Shown one piece after another: positions 63,978 through 64,000 of a DNA stretch of 64,000 bases (position 1 is its first letter; each line of letters starts with the position of its first letter). The position numbers and the translations under genes were made by a program. The notes beneath the pieces were generated by a model. It searched no databases. It was not told where the DNA came from and saw only the letters and a program-made list of their open reading frames with translations. Source of the DNA: Bugula neritina (Eukaryota > Animalia > Bryozoa); assembly GCA_964035545.1 (NCBI GenBank), contig OZ037765.1, positions 20,212,995-20,276,994 of the forward strand, written 5' to 3'.

Positions 63978-64000
63978 GGTGCAATCAGAAACGAGGAATT
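63978..64000 (-). ncRNA. Box C/D snoRNA, snR57-like, 3' part only (truncated by the window end)
   Basis: AATTCCTCGTTT-CTGA-TTGCACC; paralogous to 63701-63766. Confidence 0.75.

Larger units (their letters stand above)
61865..64000 (-). ncRNA. Non-coding snoRNA host gene (GAS5/UHG-like architecture); 5' end beyond the window
   Basis: Short GT-AG exons at 63851-63906, 63572-63623, 63265-63312, 63023-63087, ~62761-62830, 62455-62501 and 62210-62257, then a terminal exon to AATAAA at 61880-61885. Exons 63265-63312 and 63023-63087 have stops in all three frames. Most introns hold one C/D snoRNA. Confidence 0.82.
63495..64000. repeat. Recent ~279-bp tandem duplication of an exon+snoRNA unit
   Basis: 63495-63724 aligns with 63774-64000 (AAAAGGTTTGCAGCATCAACTTTACATAAA...TCAGAAACGAGGAATT). 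Confidence 0.92.

Overview
AT-rich, intron-dense animal genomic DNA, probably from a non-vertebrate (inferred; the taxon cannot be fixed from this window). From left to right it contains: (1) nucleoporin TPR on the minus strand (ATG 23563, 3' end beyond the window start); (2) ribophorin I (RPN1, + strand, 5 exons), head-to-head with TPR; (3) a TRAK/Milton kinesin adaptor on the minus strand, convergent with RPN1, with two alternative C-termini and a young CR1/L2-group LINE (intact ORF2) in one intron; (4) a CACTA-like MITE and SINE-like repeats; (5) an inverted, head-to-head pair of 3-exon genes encoding an 82-aa protein I do not recognise, which the ORF track does not assemble; (6) a Ki-67 (MKI67) orthologue with FHA, PP1-binding and CD motifs and compact 18-aa Ki-67 repeats; (7) a non-coding, multi-exon snoRNA host gene on the minus strand. 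Its introns carry box C/D snoRNAs: two snR38/SNORD1-like guides and four copies of a guide for the 18S site equivalent to yeast Gm1572 (snR57), expanding by tandem duplication. All calls come from manual reading and translation plus recalled motifs; no database search was run.
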